The notes beneath the pieces were generated by a model. It did no database searches. It was not told where the DNA came from and saw nothing but the letters and a program-made list of their open reading frames with translations. Positions 48,252 to 57,221 of a DNA stretch of 64,000 nt are shown here, piece by piece. How positions within the stretch are numbered: position 1 is the first letter of the stretch; each line of letters begins with the position of its first letter. This DNA is from an uncultured virus (IMG/VR IMGVR_UViG_3300042450_001219) (taxonomy: Duplodnaviria > Heunggongvirae > Uroviricota > Caudoviricetes). The translations under genes and the position numbers were made by a program. Location of the stretch: the IMG/VR virus record IMGVR_UViG_3300042450_001219. One strand, 5' to 3'.

Positions 48252-50377
48252 TTGTTCCTCCTTATGACTGCCCCTGCAATTTGTGATACGATGATCACTG
48301 GGACAATTACTTCTTGCGCTTTTTCTCTCTGATCATCTGTCATATCCATACCTAATTCAGAGAAATTAGATAGTAGTTCTACTGGGTCCACCGCAAATAC
48401 CGCTCCAAGTGGGTCTGCCAAGAATGCTTCTGTTTGTACTTCTGTTACTGCATCTGCTAATGTAAATGGCATTGTAGTTTCTCCTGCCTCCGCCTCTCTA
48501 TCTGTAAACTCAACGAATGCTTCTGCCAGTGCTGGGTTAGACTTCATCTGCTCAGCAATTTGTGCAACCTCTGAAGGCTTAATGCCAAGGTCTTCTGCAA
48601 CCTCAGCCTTTGCTTCTTGAGTCAAGGCTCTAAGTGTTTGGCTAACTGCTGTTACTTGTTCAGGGGAAAGAGTAACTAACTTATTATCACTACTTGTAAG
48701 GTTAGCAATAACATTAGATAAATCTTCTTCTGTTCCAGTTCCCTTTTCAGGAACAAGGGCTGCTAATACCTCATCAGTAATTTCCACATCTGGTTCATTC
48801 CAAGGATTCTCTTCTGGTTTTGGATCTGGTCCAGGTTCTGGAGATGGTTCTGGGGCAGGCTCTTCAGTAGTTTCTGGGGCAGGCTCTTCAGTTGGTTCTG
48901 GGCTTGGCTCAGGAGTTGGTGGTTCCTCTGGGGTAGGCTCAGGGGTAGGCTCGTCTGTAGGGTCCACTGTAGGCTCTGGAGAAGGCTCAGGAGTAGGTGG
49001 CTCTTCTGCTGTAGGTTCAGGGCTTGGTTCTGGTGTAGGAGGCTCTTCTGGTGTTGGTTCTGGACTTGGCTCAGGAGTAGGTGGCTCTTCAGCAGTTGGC
49101 TCTGGGCTTGGTTCTGGGGTAGGCTGATTGGCTGCAGCATTGGCTGCTGCTTGTGCAATAGCAGATTGAATTTCTCTTTGTGATTGCTCGTCATAATAAC
49201 GCCATGCATCATCAATTGCGCTGTTGACATTATTAATTGCTTGATTATATGCGCTAATAGCATTGTTTTTATTTTGCAATGCCGTTGCAACATTTAAAAC
49301 TGCGTTGTTATACTCATTTGTTTTATTAGTTAGTGTTTGACTGTAACCATTAAGTGTTGATACTGCTTGGTTATAAACATTTAATTTATCATTATATACA
49401 TCTTGGGCTGAGTTCTTTGCAGCAAGTGCGTTGTTGTAGGCGTTTGTTTGTTCTTGGGTTGCTCCAGATCCATGAGAAAATGTATTAAGATTGCAACTAA
49501 AGTCTTGTCCCCATACTCTTGGGTTGCCAGCATAGTCACAACCTGCACCAGTCCATCCTCCAGGGATAGCCCAGCCAAGATGATAGGAACCTGGTCCTCC
49601 ACCGTTATACCACCATATTTCTACATCTAAAGTTTTGTCTTCACTAACATCATATACGGGAGAGTAGTCACTCCAAGTTGTCCCCTGCTCTACCCAGTTG
49701 TTAACGGCAAGTTGGCCATCTATATACATTCTAAAACCATCATCTGTATATCCCGCAAAGTAGGTTTGTGTAAACCATGAAGGAACTGTTATCTGTCCAG
49801 TAAATTTAACTATAAAGTTTTCGTATCTATTACCGCAAACTGGACGAGTCATATAGTTTCCATTTATTGTTCCGCTACATAAGAATTGATCTGTGGCTGC
49901 AAGGCCATTAACCCTAATTAAACTATAAACATCATATGCCAGACCAGCAGAACCAGCACTGTCTAATGCTTGCTGAGCGTTTGACAGATTGATGTTTGCT
50001 ACTCCAAGGGCATCGTAGGCATCATTCTTATTATCTAAAGCAGTGTCTACTGTTACTGTTTGTCCGTCTACTGCTGATTGGGCTAAGTCTTTTTCTTCAA
50101 GTGCCGTTGCTTCTGCGTCAAGGGAGTCGTCGTACAGGTCAGAGGTTTGAGTCTGTGTTTCTTTTGCAGATGCTGCAATGTCGTACTTGTCTTCTGCTTC
50201 TTGGATTAAGGATATGAATTCATCTTTGTATCCTAGGTCATCAATGCTACTATTTAACTCTTCAATTTCTTGAGCTGCTAAGCTTAGTGGGTCATCAGAA
50301 TAAGCGGGTGACATAAAGAGCCAACCAAATGCAAGCATTGTGGCTGCTGTTATTCTAAATAACTTATTCCTTGTCAA
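48248..50377 (-). CDS. Secreted PA14-domain protein with a Pro/Glu-rich repeat stalk and C-terminal anchor
   Basis: Signal peptide; TDDGFRMYIDG...WWYNGGG PA14 motif; (PTPEPSPE)n. Confidence 0.75.
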   Translation of the reverse strand: MTRNKLFRITAATMLAFGWLFMSPAYSDDPLSLAAQEIEELNSSIDDLGYKDEFISLIQEAEDKYDIAASAKETQTQTSDLYDDSLDAEATALEEKDLAQSAVDGQTVTVDTALDNKNDAYDALGVANINLSNAQQALDSAGSAGLAYDVYSLIRVNGLAATDQFLCSGTINGNYMTRPVCGNRYENFIVKFTGQITVPSWFTQTYFAGYTDDGFRMYIDGQLAVNNWVEQGTTWSDYSPVYDVSEDKTLDVEIWWYNGGGPGSYHLGWAIPGGWTGAGCDYAGNPRVWGQDFSCNLNTFSHGSGATQEQTNAYNNALAAKNSAQDVYNDKLNVYNQAVSTLNGYSQTLTNKTNEYNNAVLNVATALQNKNNAISAYNQAINNVNSAIDDAWRYYDEQSQREIQSAIAQAAANAAANQPTPEPSPEPTAEEPPTPEPSPEPTPEEPPTPEPSPEPTAEEPPTPEPSPEPTVDPTDEPTPEPTPEEPPTPEPSPEPTEEPAPETTEEPAPEPSPEPGPDPKPEENPWNEPDVEITDEVLAALVPEKGTGTEEDLSNVIANLTSSDNKLVTLSPEQVTAVSQTLRALTQEAKAEVAEDLGIKPSEVAQIAEQMKSNPALAEAFVEFTDREAEAGETTMPFTLADAVTEVQTEAFLADPLGAVFAVDPVELLSNFSELGMDMTDDQREKAQEVIVPVIIVSQIAGAVIRRNK

Positions 50378-50428
50378 GTAGGGCCCCTAAGTAAACAATA
50401 TGTCTACATAGTAATTATACCACTTTAG

Positions 50429-51472
50429 TTATTTAGAGCTTATCTCATTAACTCTAGATTTAGAAAACTTTAGCATAGATGATCTTATTGGAGAATACCC
50501 AAGATCTTCCGCCTTTTTGCCGCAAGTATCTAACATAAAATTAAAGAACTTTTTTACTGAATCATTCTTTGAGTTCTTTTCTTTGTATGCTATGCCATAA
50601 GTAAATGTAGATATGTTATAGGATAGTTTATTAGGGTTCTTATAGTTAATCTTAACTACCCCGCTTTTATCTGGAACAAAGTCTCCAAGGAATACTGAGG
50701 CTGCGCCTACTGTTGGCTGCATAAACCTTCCAGCCTCATTCTCAATAGACACTGTCTTTAGTCCTCTTCCATATGATATCTCATTGTATCCAATAGATCC
50801 ATTTGTTGTTCCTTGTACCATTGCAATTCCATGAGACCCAGAAGCGCTGGTCATATAACTCTTAGATATATCTCCAGGGAATGCAGTACCAAAGTTTTTA
50901 TTCCCTGGCTTGTTCCATATAGTTGGAGCAACTGCATTAAGGTATGAAGTAAAAACCTCTGAAGTCCCAGAACCATCAATGCGGTATACAACTCTAATCT
51001 TTGTTGCTGGTATCTTAGGTAGTTTTCCTGATATAAGGTTTTCTTTTAATATCTGTGGGTCGTTCCACATTGTTATTTGTCCCGCAAAAACTTTAGCAAG
51101 GGTATCTTTGCTCATCTTGATAGTAATTTTATATCCATCAAGTTTGTAGATAATTCCAATTGGCCCTGCTACCAATGGAACATATGTAAACTCTTTTGAT
51201 GGCTTTAGTTCTGTACCAGAGTAAGGAACATCTGACATAGCAAAGTCTGTTACTCCATTTGAAAACATATTCTTTCCAGCACCTGAGCCAGATGCTCCAT
51301 AGACAACAGAATCTCCTGTTGATTTCATAAATTCGACCCTGCATCTGTCTATAAAATTAGCAGCAAATGTAGATCCAGCACCTTGAAGGTTATCAGCATG
51401 TGAAGGGGTAATAAAAAAAGCATTAGCAAATATGGCTAATGCTGCTGGGAAAGCAATGAATTTAAATTTCAT
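50429..51472 (-). CDS. pstS: Phosphate ABC transporter substrate-binding protein
   Basis: GAGSTF, GSGAG, DFAMSD, R.DGSGTS..FT motifs. Confidence 0.9.
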   Translation of the reverse strand: MKFKFIAFPAALAIFANAFFITPSHADNLQGAGSTFAANFIDRCRVEFMKSTGDSVVYGASGSGAGKNMFSNGVTDFAMSDVPYSGTELKPSKEFTYVPLVAGPIGIIYKLDGYKITIKMSKDTLAKVFAGQITMWNDPQILKENLISGKLPKIPATKIRVVYRIDGSGTSEVFTSYLNAVAPTIWNKPGNKNFGTAFPGDISKSYMTSASGSHGIAMVQGTTNGSIGYNEISYGRGLKTVSIENEAGRFMQPTVGAASVFLGDFVPDKSGVVKINYKNPNKLSYNISTFTYGIAYKEKNSKNDSVKKFFNFMLDTCGKKAEDLGYSPIRSSMLKFSKSRVNEISSK

Positions 51473-51549
51473 AGTATCAGTATAGTATAATTAAATTGGC
51501 AGGTGTTTGAGATACGGTTAACTAAGAATTAACTTTAAGCAAACTTTAG

Positions 51550-51738
51550 CTATTTAGGATTATCTGTTTTATAGAAGCCATTACCTTTAAATTGTACACC
51601 AACTGTAGTAAAAAACCTTGTCATTTCAGACTCACATTCAACACATGTATATCCAGGATCATCTTCAGTCATTGACCTATGGACTGACATCTTTGCATGT
51701 GCATCATCATATGAGCATTTGTATTCGTATACTGGCAT
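51550..51738 (-). CDS. FmdB-family zinc-ribbon protein
   Basis: MPVYEYKC...CVEC...FKGNGFYKTD. Confidence 0.85.
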   Translation of the reverse strand: MPVYEYKCSYDDAHAKMSVHRSMTEDDPGYTCVECESEMTRFFTTVGVQFKGNGFYKTDNPK

Positions 51739-51758
51739 ACCTATTCCTTAAAGTTAAT

Positions 51759-51785
51759 GAGCAGTTTGCGGACATACTCAGGTCC
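51759..51785 (-). ncRNA. Candidate mini H-type pseudoknot RNA motif, copy 3
   Basis: GGAC-CTGAGTAT-GTCC-GC-AAACTGCTC. Confidence 0.55.
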
Positions 51786-51850
51786 ATCCAACGGGCAGCG
51801 CCCGTTATTGTCTGCGACTCCCCAGTGACGGGGTGCAGATTTCTATTATA

Positions 51851-52324
51851 CTATTTCTTTCTCTTACTTACAACAGGAGGTAATACAGCCTCTTCTGGAG
51901 TAAATGAATCGAGGATTTCAAATGTCTTTGGCTTTGCTTCTTCAGGTACATTTCTAACAATGAATACCTTCAAGATTCCGTCAGACATTGCCACCGCTGC
52001 AACTTCCATAAACTCAGATAATGAGAATGTTCTTGCAAAAGACCTTGCCCCAATACCCTTATGAATATATGTAGTTTTATCTTCGGTTTCTGATGAACCC
52101 TTAATTGTTAGAACATTCTTTTCCTGTTCAACAGAGATATCTTCACGCTTAAAGCCTGCCAAAGCAAGCTCAATCATATAGCTATCTTCACCTACCTGAG
52201 CCAAGTTGTACGGCGGATAGTTTGTTGAATTATGCATTACCTTTTCGAGATCTTTGAATTGGCGATCCCAGCCAATAAAAAATGGATCCTTAAAAAGATC
52301 CAGTGTGAATGTGTTGTTAACCAT
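51851..52324 (-). CDS. Small heat-shock protein Hsp20 (IbpA-like)
   Basis: NYPPYN, ELALAGF, HKGIGARSF.RTF.L, DGIL. Confidence 0.92.
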   Translation of the reverse strand: MVNNTFTLDLFKDPFFIGWDRQFKDLEKVMHNSTNYPPYNLAQVGEDSYMIELALAGFKREDISVEQEKNVLTIKGSSETEDKTTYIHKGIGARSFARTFSLSEFMEVAAVAMSDGILKVFIVRNVPEEAKPKTFEILDSFTPEEAVLPPVVSKRKK

Positions 52325-52412
52325 GTTATTCCCCTTTCAAGCGAATAAATTAATATATGGACCCTCTATTGAGCGGTCCATATATTATTATAGCAAAATA
52401 TTTATATCTTGT

Positions 52413-52817
52413 CTATTTCTTCTTAGCCCTTACTTTAGCAAGTGCTTCAAAGTCCTTTACCTTCGTATCCCCTAGGTATCCCCAAGCATATCCATCGGCA
52501 ATCATTTGTTCATTGACTGATACTTTAGATCCGTCTAGGAATAGCCATCCAAGGATACGCCCGTATTTTTCTGATGAGTCCATTTTTTCTGTTTTAATAA
52601 CAACAGTCTTAGACGCATCAATTGCCTTCTTTAAATACTCTTTAGACTCAAGGCCAAGTGCTTTTTCCATTTTGTCTGTGGTACGGCTTTCAGGAGTATC
52701 TATTCCCGCCAACCTAACTCGTGAGCTAAATGAGATATCAAATCCAAGATCAATATCTACATCAATAGTATCTCCGTCTACAACTTTACTTACTTTCTTT
52801 ACATAATATTCAAACAT
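52413..52817 (-). CDS. Thermonuclease (SNase-like)
   Basis: VVDGDTID, RLAGIDTPE, KYGRILG. Confidence 0.9.
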   Translation of the reverse strand: MFEYYVKKVSKVVDGDTIDVDIDLGFDISFSSRVRLAGIDTPESRTTDKMEKALGLESKEYLKKAIDASKTVVIKTEKMDSSEKYGRILGWLFLDGSKVSVNEQMIADGYAWGYLGDTKVKDFEALAKVRAKKK

Positions 52818-53029
52818 TATTTTCTCCCCCATTGTATATAATTCCATCCACGCTCATGTGCGTAGTAAATAAATATTTTAACTACCGTTTCCCAAAATGC
52901 AATCGTTACAGATAGAGAAGCGTTTCTTGTAATAACATAAGCAACAACAACAGAGGAAAGCGTTCCCCATATGCGATAACTTAATGCTTTGGCAAATGAC
53001 CTAGCCTTGGTTACTTTCATGAAGGCCAC
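52817..53029 (-). CDS. DUF2061 membrane protein
   Basis: RSFAKALSYR...YYAHER.W. Confidence 0.75.
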   Translation of the reverse strand: MAFMKVTKARSFAKALSYRIWGTLSSVVVAYVITRNASLSVTIAFWETVVKIFIYYAHERGWNYIQWGRK

Positions 53030-53065
53030 TCCATATTGTTTGGCTTAGTTATCCAAACCCAAACC

Positions 53066-53827
53066 TTAGATGCCCATCTCTTTACGTTTTTGCGTAGCCG
53101 ATATAGCATGAATGTCTGCCCCCAAATCTACTTGTTCAATCTTGTACCCAACATCTCTACCGTATACAATGTTGGTAATGTTAGGCAACCTTAGTACCAA
53201 TGCACCGTCCATGAACTCATCCTTAGCAATATACTCTTTTACCTGATCAAATTTAAGTGGATCTTTTTCACTTGTATTGTATGTATTACGGACTCCAAGA
53301 AGTACCTGATCTGTTCTTTTACCCGCCTCTTTGTATAGAGCGTGGTGGCCTTCATGCCAAGGCTGGTACCTGCCAAGCATCAATGTTGTAGGTGCAGACC
53401 AGTCATGCAGATTAAAATATTTAATTATTACAGTTGCTTTTTGTTCAGCAGATAGCCTATGATCTTCAAATGTTGCATCGAATTCTGTTGGTCTCTCAAA
53501 CATTTTGTTTGTGTCCTCAAATCTGCCCTCAGCAATCGTGTCCATAAATATTAGGATGTCTGGCTTACCAAATGCTGCACGAGTTAAGCCTGTTGGACAA
53601 ACAAAGTCAACAATTACTGGAGCAACACCCTGCTTAGAAATAAGTCTTGCCATCTCACCCATACGACGAGCCTGCTCAAGTCTATCCTCTGGTGCAAAAC
53701 CTAAGTCTGAATTTACAGTTGCACGAACTTCATCCGCATTAAGATGAATAGCATTAATTCTTTCTTTGAGTGCTTTTGAAAGCTCCGTTTTGCCAGAGCC
53801 AGGTAGCCCCATAATCTGTATAATCAT
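53066..53827 (-). CDS. Adenylylsulfate-kinase-like P-loop domain fused to a HxGH nucleotidyltransferase domain
   Basis: GLPGSGKT, NADEVR..DLGF..EDR; GRYQPWHEGH. Confidence 0.8.
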   Translation of the reverse strand: MIIQIMGLPGSGKTELSKALKERINAIHLNADEVRATVNSDLGFAPEDRLEQARRMGEMARLISKQGVAPVIVDFVCPTGLTRAAFGKPDILIFMDTIAEGRFEDTNKMFERPTEFDATFEDHRLSAEQKATVIIKYFNLHDWSAPTTLMLGRYQPWHEGHHALYKEAGKRTDQVLLGVRNTYNTSEKDPLKFDQVKEYIAKDEFMDGALVLRLPNITNIVYGRDVGYKIEQVDLGADIHAISATQKRKEMGI

Positions 53828-53891
53828 TTATTATTCCTAATCTGTAGTAAGCAGTATTAATTATATCATTATTTAATGAAATAACAAGGGG

Positions 53892-54947
53892 TCAGACTCT
53901 TTTTCCAGACTCTAAATTAGACATTGGCGATACCTCAATATAGGTAGAATTATCTCTAAATGAAACTAAGTCTTCAGATCCAGAATACGACATGGCGCTT
54001 TTAATATTATTAATTAGCATAGTTAAAGAGTATTCAACTGGACCCTTAGACTGAATAAATCCAGAAGCCCCTTCTACATATACATTCTTTAAGTCATTAA
54101 TAATTTCTGGGTTATTTTCTTTTTGAACCTCAATTGATGCAGACCCTCTAAAAACATGCCTACCATCTTTATCTGTATCGCACTCATCATGACCAGAAAA
54201 AAAGGATCCCATCATTACAGCAGAAGCACCAGCAGCCAGAGCTTTTGCAACATCTCCGTTGTTCTTAATACCTCCATCAGATATTATCCCATTTACATTT
54301 TTTATATCAATTCCATCATAAACATCCATAACAGATGCAAGCACTGGGACTCCGAATCCTGTAACAACTCTAGTTGTGCATGCTGCACCACCGCCTATGC
54401 CGACCCTTACTGAATCTGCACCAGAATCCATTAAGCTTTTATAAGCCTCATAGGAAGAAACATTTCCAACCATAATGTGCACATCAGAATTTACTGTGCT
54501 TCTAAGCTCTCTTACTGCGTCAACAACAATTTGTAAATGCCCAAATGCAACCTCTAGAAGCAATACTGTTACTCCAAGATCCTTTAAGTCTTTAATGCAC
54601 CTTGCATCCCTAGACTCTTCAATAGATATAGCAAAGCCGATTAGATTTTTATCGACACTTGCAGGAATTGTCTTTAGCCTATTAATTCTTTCTTCAAAGT
54701 TAGCGTACCTTGGCAGTATTGCCATTCCGCCAAACGATGTAACCTTTTCTATCATAGAGTTGCTTGTAATAAAATCCATAGGAGCCATAATTATAGGAGC
54801 TTTTAAATGTACAAAAGCTTCTGGCCTAATTGGATTTCCAATTATAGTATCTAATTTTATGGCACCTCTTGTTATTATGTTAGACTTTTGAGGTACAAGT
54901 AGTATGTCATCAAAGCATACTGATCTAGTGTTTGTATCTTTTTTCAT
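53892..54947 (-). CDS. IMP dehydrogenase/GMP reductase family protein
   Basis: FDDILLVP, VGIGGGAACTTR, DGGI..GD.AKALAAGA. Confidence 0.88.
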   Translation of the reverse strand: MKKDTNTRSVCFDDILLVPQKSNIITRGAIKLDTIIGNPIRPEAFVHLKAPIIMAPMDFITSNSMIEKVTSFGGMAILPRYANFEERINRLKTIPASVDKNLIGFAISIEESRDARCIKDLKDLGVTVLLLEVAFGHLQIVVDAVRELRSTVNSDVHIMVGNVSSYEAYKSLMDSGADSVRVGIGGGAACTTRVVTGFGVPVLASVMDVYDGIDIKNVNGIISDGGIKNNGDVAKALAAGASAVMMGSFFSGHDECDTDKDGRHVFRGSASIEVQKENNPEIINDLKNVYVEGASGFIQSKGPVEYSLTMLINNIKSAMSYSGSEDLVSFRDNSTYIEVSPMSNLESGKRV

Positions 54948-55210
54948 TCATCCTCCTTCAACTCATGTCTTTTATTAAACTTTATCCATGATCCATAATG
55001 AATATTGATAGATGGAGATAGGCCATTTTTTATTGCTGTTAAAATATCTACATTAGGATTTTCTATATCCTTGGTTGCTAGATATTCTTGGCCAGTCTCC
55101 ATGTCTATCAATTTCCATTTGTTAGGACACTTAGTATATATTGTAACAGTTATAGGGGTATCATATTCTTTAGCAGAAGTTCCGTCTAACAGCTTTCTAT
55201 ATTTCCCCAC
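54944..55210 (-). CDS. Hypothetical protein, paralog of 33816-34004
   Basis: TKCPNKWKLIDMETGQEY. Confidence 0.6.
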   Translation of the reverse strand: MGKYRKLLDGTSAKEYDTPITVTIYTKCPNKWKLIDMETGQEYLATKDIENPNVDILTAIKNGLSPSINIHYGSWIKFNKRHELKEDE

Positions 55211-55221
55211 ACTGCCTCCTT

Positions 55222-55734
55222 TTAAGCAGACAATATTTTTGACAAAGCATTGATGGTTGCTGCAATTCTTCCGATATCACGCAATTGCTCAACACTGTAT
55301 CCCTCTTGCTTCAATGTTTCATAATGTGCTTTAACACAAAAATGACACTTTCCAATTATGGAAGAAGCCAGTGAGTATGCTTCGAACTTAGCCTTTGTGG
55401 TTCCACCGTGAGATGAAATGGCATTCATTCTTAATTGTGCTGGCAGCCCTTTGAGATTAGCATCATCTGCCATCTCAATAAAGGGATACCAAATATTGTT
55501 TTGAGCCATGATAGAACCAGCAGAAAGAGCAGCATTTTTTTCAACTTCATCTGATGCGCTTGATACAATAAACGAAAGTAGTTTTGCATTTCCTGTAGCA
55601 AACGCTGCTGCAATTGCAATATATGTTGCATCATCAGGATCAATAGTAGACCTATTAATAACAGCGTCTAGATTTAGCTTTATATCTTTTGCGTAATCTG
55701 GAATTGATTCTTTAAGCTGTTCTACCCATGTCAT
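55222..55734 (-). CDS. ahpD: Alkyl hydroperoxide reductase AhpD
   Basis: PDYAKDIKLNL, CHFCVKAH; adjacent to ahpC. Confidence 0.88.
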   Translation of the reverse strand: MTWVEQLKESIPDYAKDIKLNLDAVINRSTIDPDDATYIAIAAAFATGNAKLLSFIVSSASDEVEKNAALSAGSIMAQNNIWYPFIEMADDANLKGLPAQLRMNAISSHGGTTKAKFEAYSLASSIIGKCHFCVKAHYETLKQEGYSVEQLRDIGRIAATINALSKILSA

Positions 55735-56270
55735 TATAGAGTCTCTCCTCCGAGTGGTCTGTTGCAAGCACACAGTTCGCCAGTCTGCAATGCATCCAGA
55801 ACACGAAGTGCTTCTTCTGCATTACGCCCTACATCAAGGTTATTACATGTAACGTGCTGAATAACATTATCTGGATCGATAATAAATGTTGCACGGTATG
55901 TAACTCCAGAAGAATGGTGGACTCCTAGATCGTTTGCTAATGTGTGTGCTGTATCAGCAAATGACCATGAGTTTGTCTTCTTTAGATCTTCATGGGCATT
56001 ACGCCATGCAATTTTACAGAATTCGTTATCAACAGATCCTGTTAGCAATACGGTATCTCTATCATTAAAATCATTCACTAATGCATCGTAAGCAACAATT
56101 TCAGTTGGGCATACAAATGTAAAGTCTTTTGGATAGAAAGCAATAATTTTCCATTTGCCTGGAAAAGAATCTTGTGTAATTACTTCAAATGAGGAATCAT
56201 CGTAAGACAATGCCCCAGGCTTAACTCCAGTAACGGCAAAGTTACCGATCTTATCTCCTACAGTTTTCAT
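55734..56270 (-). CDS. ahpC: Peroxiredoxin AhpC
   Basis: FYPKDFTFVCPTE, LQTGELCAC. Confidence 0.92.
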   Translation of the reverse strand: MKTVGDKIGNFAVTGVKPGALSYDDSSFEVITQDSFPGKWKIIAFYPKDFTFVCPTEIVAYDALVNDFNDRDTVLLTGSVDNEFCKIAWRNAHEDLKKTNSWSFADTAHTLANDLGVHHSSGVTYRATFIIDPDNVIQHVTCNNLDVGRNAEEALRVLDALQTGELCACNRPLGGETL

Positions 56271-56303
56271 TTATTCTCCTTATATAAGTTGGATATTTAT
56301 CCG

Positions 56304-56376
56304 CTGGGGGTATAGGACTCGAACCTATGGCCTAGAAGTTAACAGCTTCCCGCTCTGCCGACTGAGCTAACCCCCA
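56304..56376 (-). tRNA. tRNA-Asn(GUU)
   Basis: Cloverleaf; loop CTGTTAA. Confidence 0.9.
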
Positions 56377-56379
56377 TTG

Positions 56380-56452
56380 TGTCCCCAGATGGTCTCGAAC
56401 CATCGACCCGCAGATTAAAAGTCTGCTGCTCTACCAACTGAGCTATAGGAAC
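56380..56452 (-). tRNA. tRNA-Lys(UUU)
   Basis: Cloverleaf; GCAGA-CTTTTAA-TCTGC. Confidence 0.9.
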
Positions 56453-56458
56453 GTCTTG

Positions 56459-56530
56459 TACCCCTGGCTGGATTCGAACCAGCGGCCAACAGATTAGAAG
56501 TCTGTTGCTCTTCCTCTGAGCTACAGAGGT
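56459..56530 (-). tRNA. tRNA-Arg(UCU)
   Basis: Cloverleaf; ACAGA-CTTCTAA-TCTGT. Confidence 0.9.
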
Positions 56531-56547
56531 ATATCTAAATAATATTA

Positions 56548-56877
56548 CTAAAAATCAAAGTCTTCAATATCTTCTAAAGGAATAATTCCTTTTCTTTTAG
56601 CAATATCAAATCCTTCTTTAGTAAAGTTATAAGTAGCATTCAGATCCTCATCATACTCAACCTGCATCAAATCATTATTAACTAAATCTATTAATTCAGA
56701 CTCTATGTAGTCTTCATGAGCCTGCCATAAATCTGGAGCAAGCAGTGGGGTAACGTCTTCATTTAATTCAAAAATGGCTTCTCCATCTTTTGTAAAGCCC
56801 GCAACTCTTATTGCACCAATATCTAGATAATGTTGAATTTTTAACATTATCTCTTCTTCATCATAATCTTCAAACAT
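56548..56877 (-). CDS. Hypothetical acidic protein
   Basis: ORF with RBS. Confidence 0.65.
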   Translation of the reverse strand: MFEDYDEEEIMLKIQHYLDIGAIRVAGFTKDGEAIFELNEDVTPLLAPDLWQAHEDYIESELIDLVNNDLMQVEYDEDLNATYNFTKEGFDIAKRKGIIPLEDIEDFDF

Positions 56878-56889
56878 TTTACCCCCTTG

Positions 56890-56963
56890 TGCAACAGGTA
56901 GGACTTGAACCTACGATTACCGAATTATGAGTTCGGGGCTTTAACCAACTAAGCTACTGTTGC
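56890..56963 (-). tRNA. tRNA with CAU anticodon (elongator Met or Ile2)
   Basis: CCGAA-CTCATAA-TTCGG; GCAACAG/CTGTTGC acceptor. Confidence 0.85.
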
Positions 56964-56972
56964 CTAGTTGAA

Positions 56973-57221
56973 TTATAGTATTTTACTATCAGTTTTGTCA
57001 ATAGATTGCTCAACTATCTGCTGAACATACTCTGAAAAATGTTTTCTAATGCTTCCTGGAGGCCTATGCCCAATGTCAGACCAAACTCTTTTATACTCAT
57101 GAATGTTATCAAATGTAGTGGGGCAGATTAGAATACCATTGTATTCTTTTAATCTTGTAGGGAGCGGAACATGCTTACTGCAACACTTACATTCTTTGGC
57201 TTTCTCTTGATATATACTCAT
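56973..57221 (-). CDS. Hypothetical protein
   Basis: ORF overlapping the terminase stop codon. Confidence 0.6.
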   Translation of the reverse strand: MSIYQEKAKECKCCSKHVPLPTRLKEYNGILICPTTFDNIHEYKRVWSDIGHRPPGSIRKHFSEYVQQIVEQSIDKTDSKIL

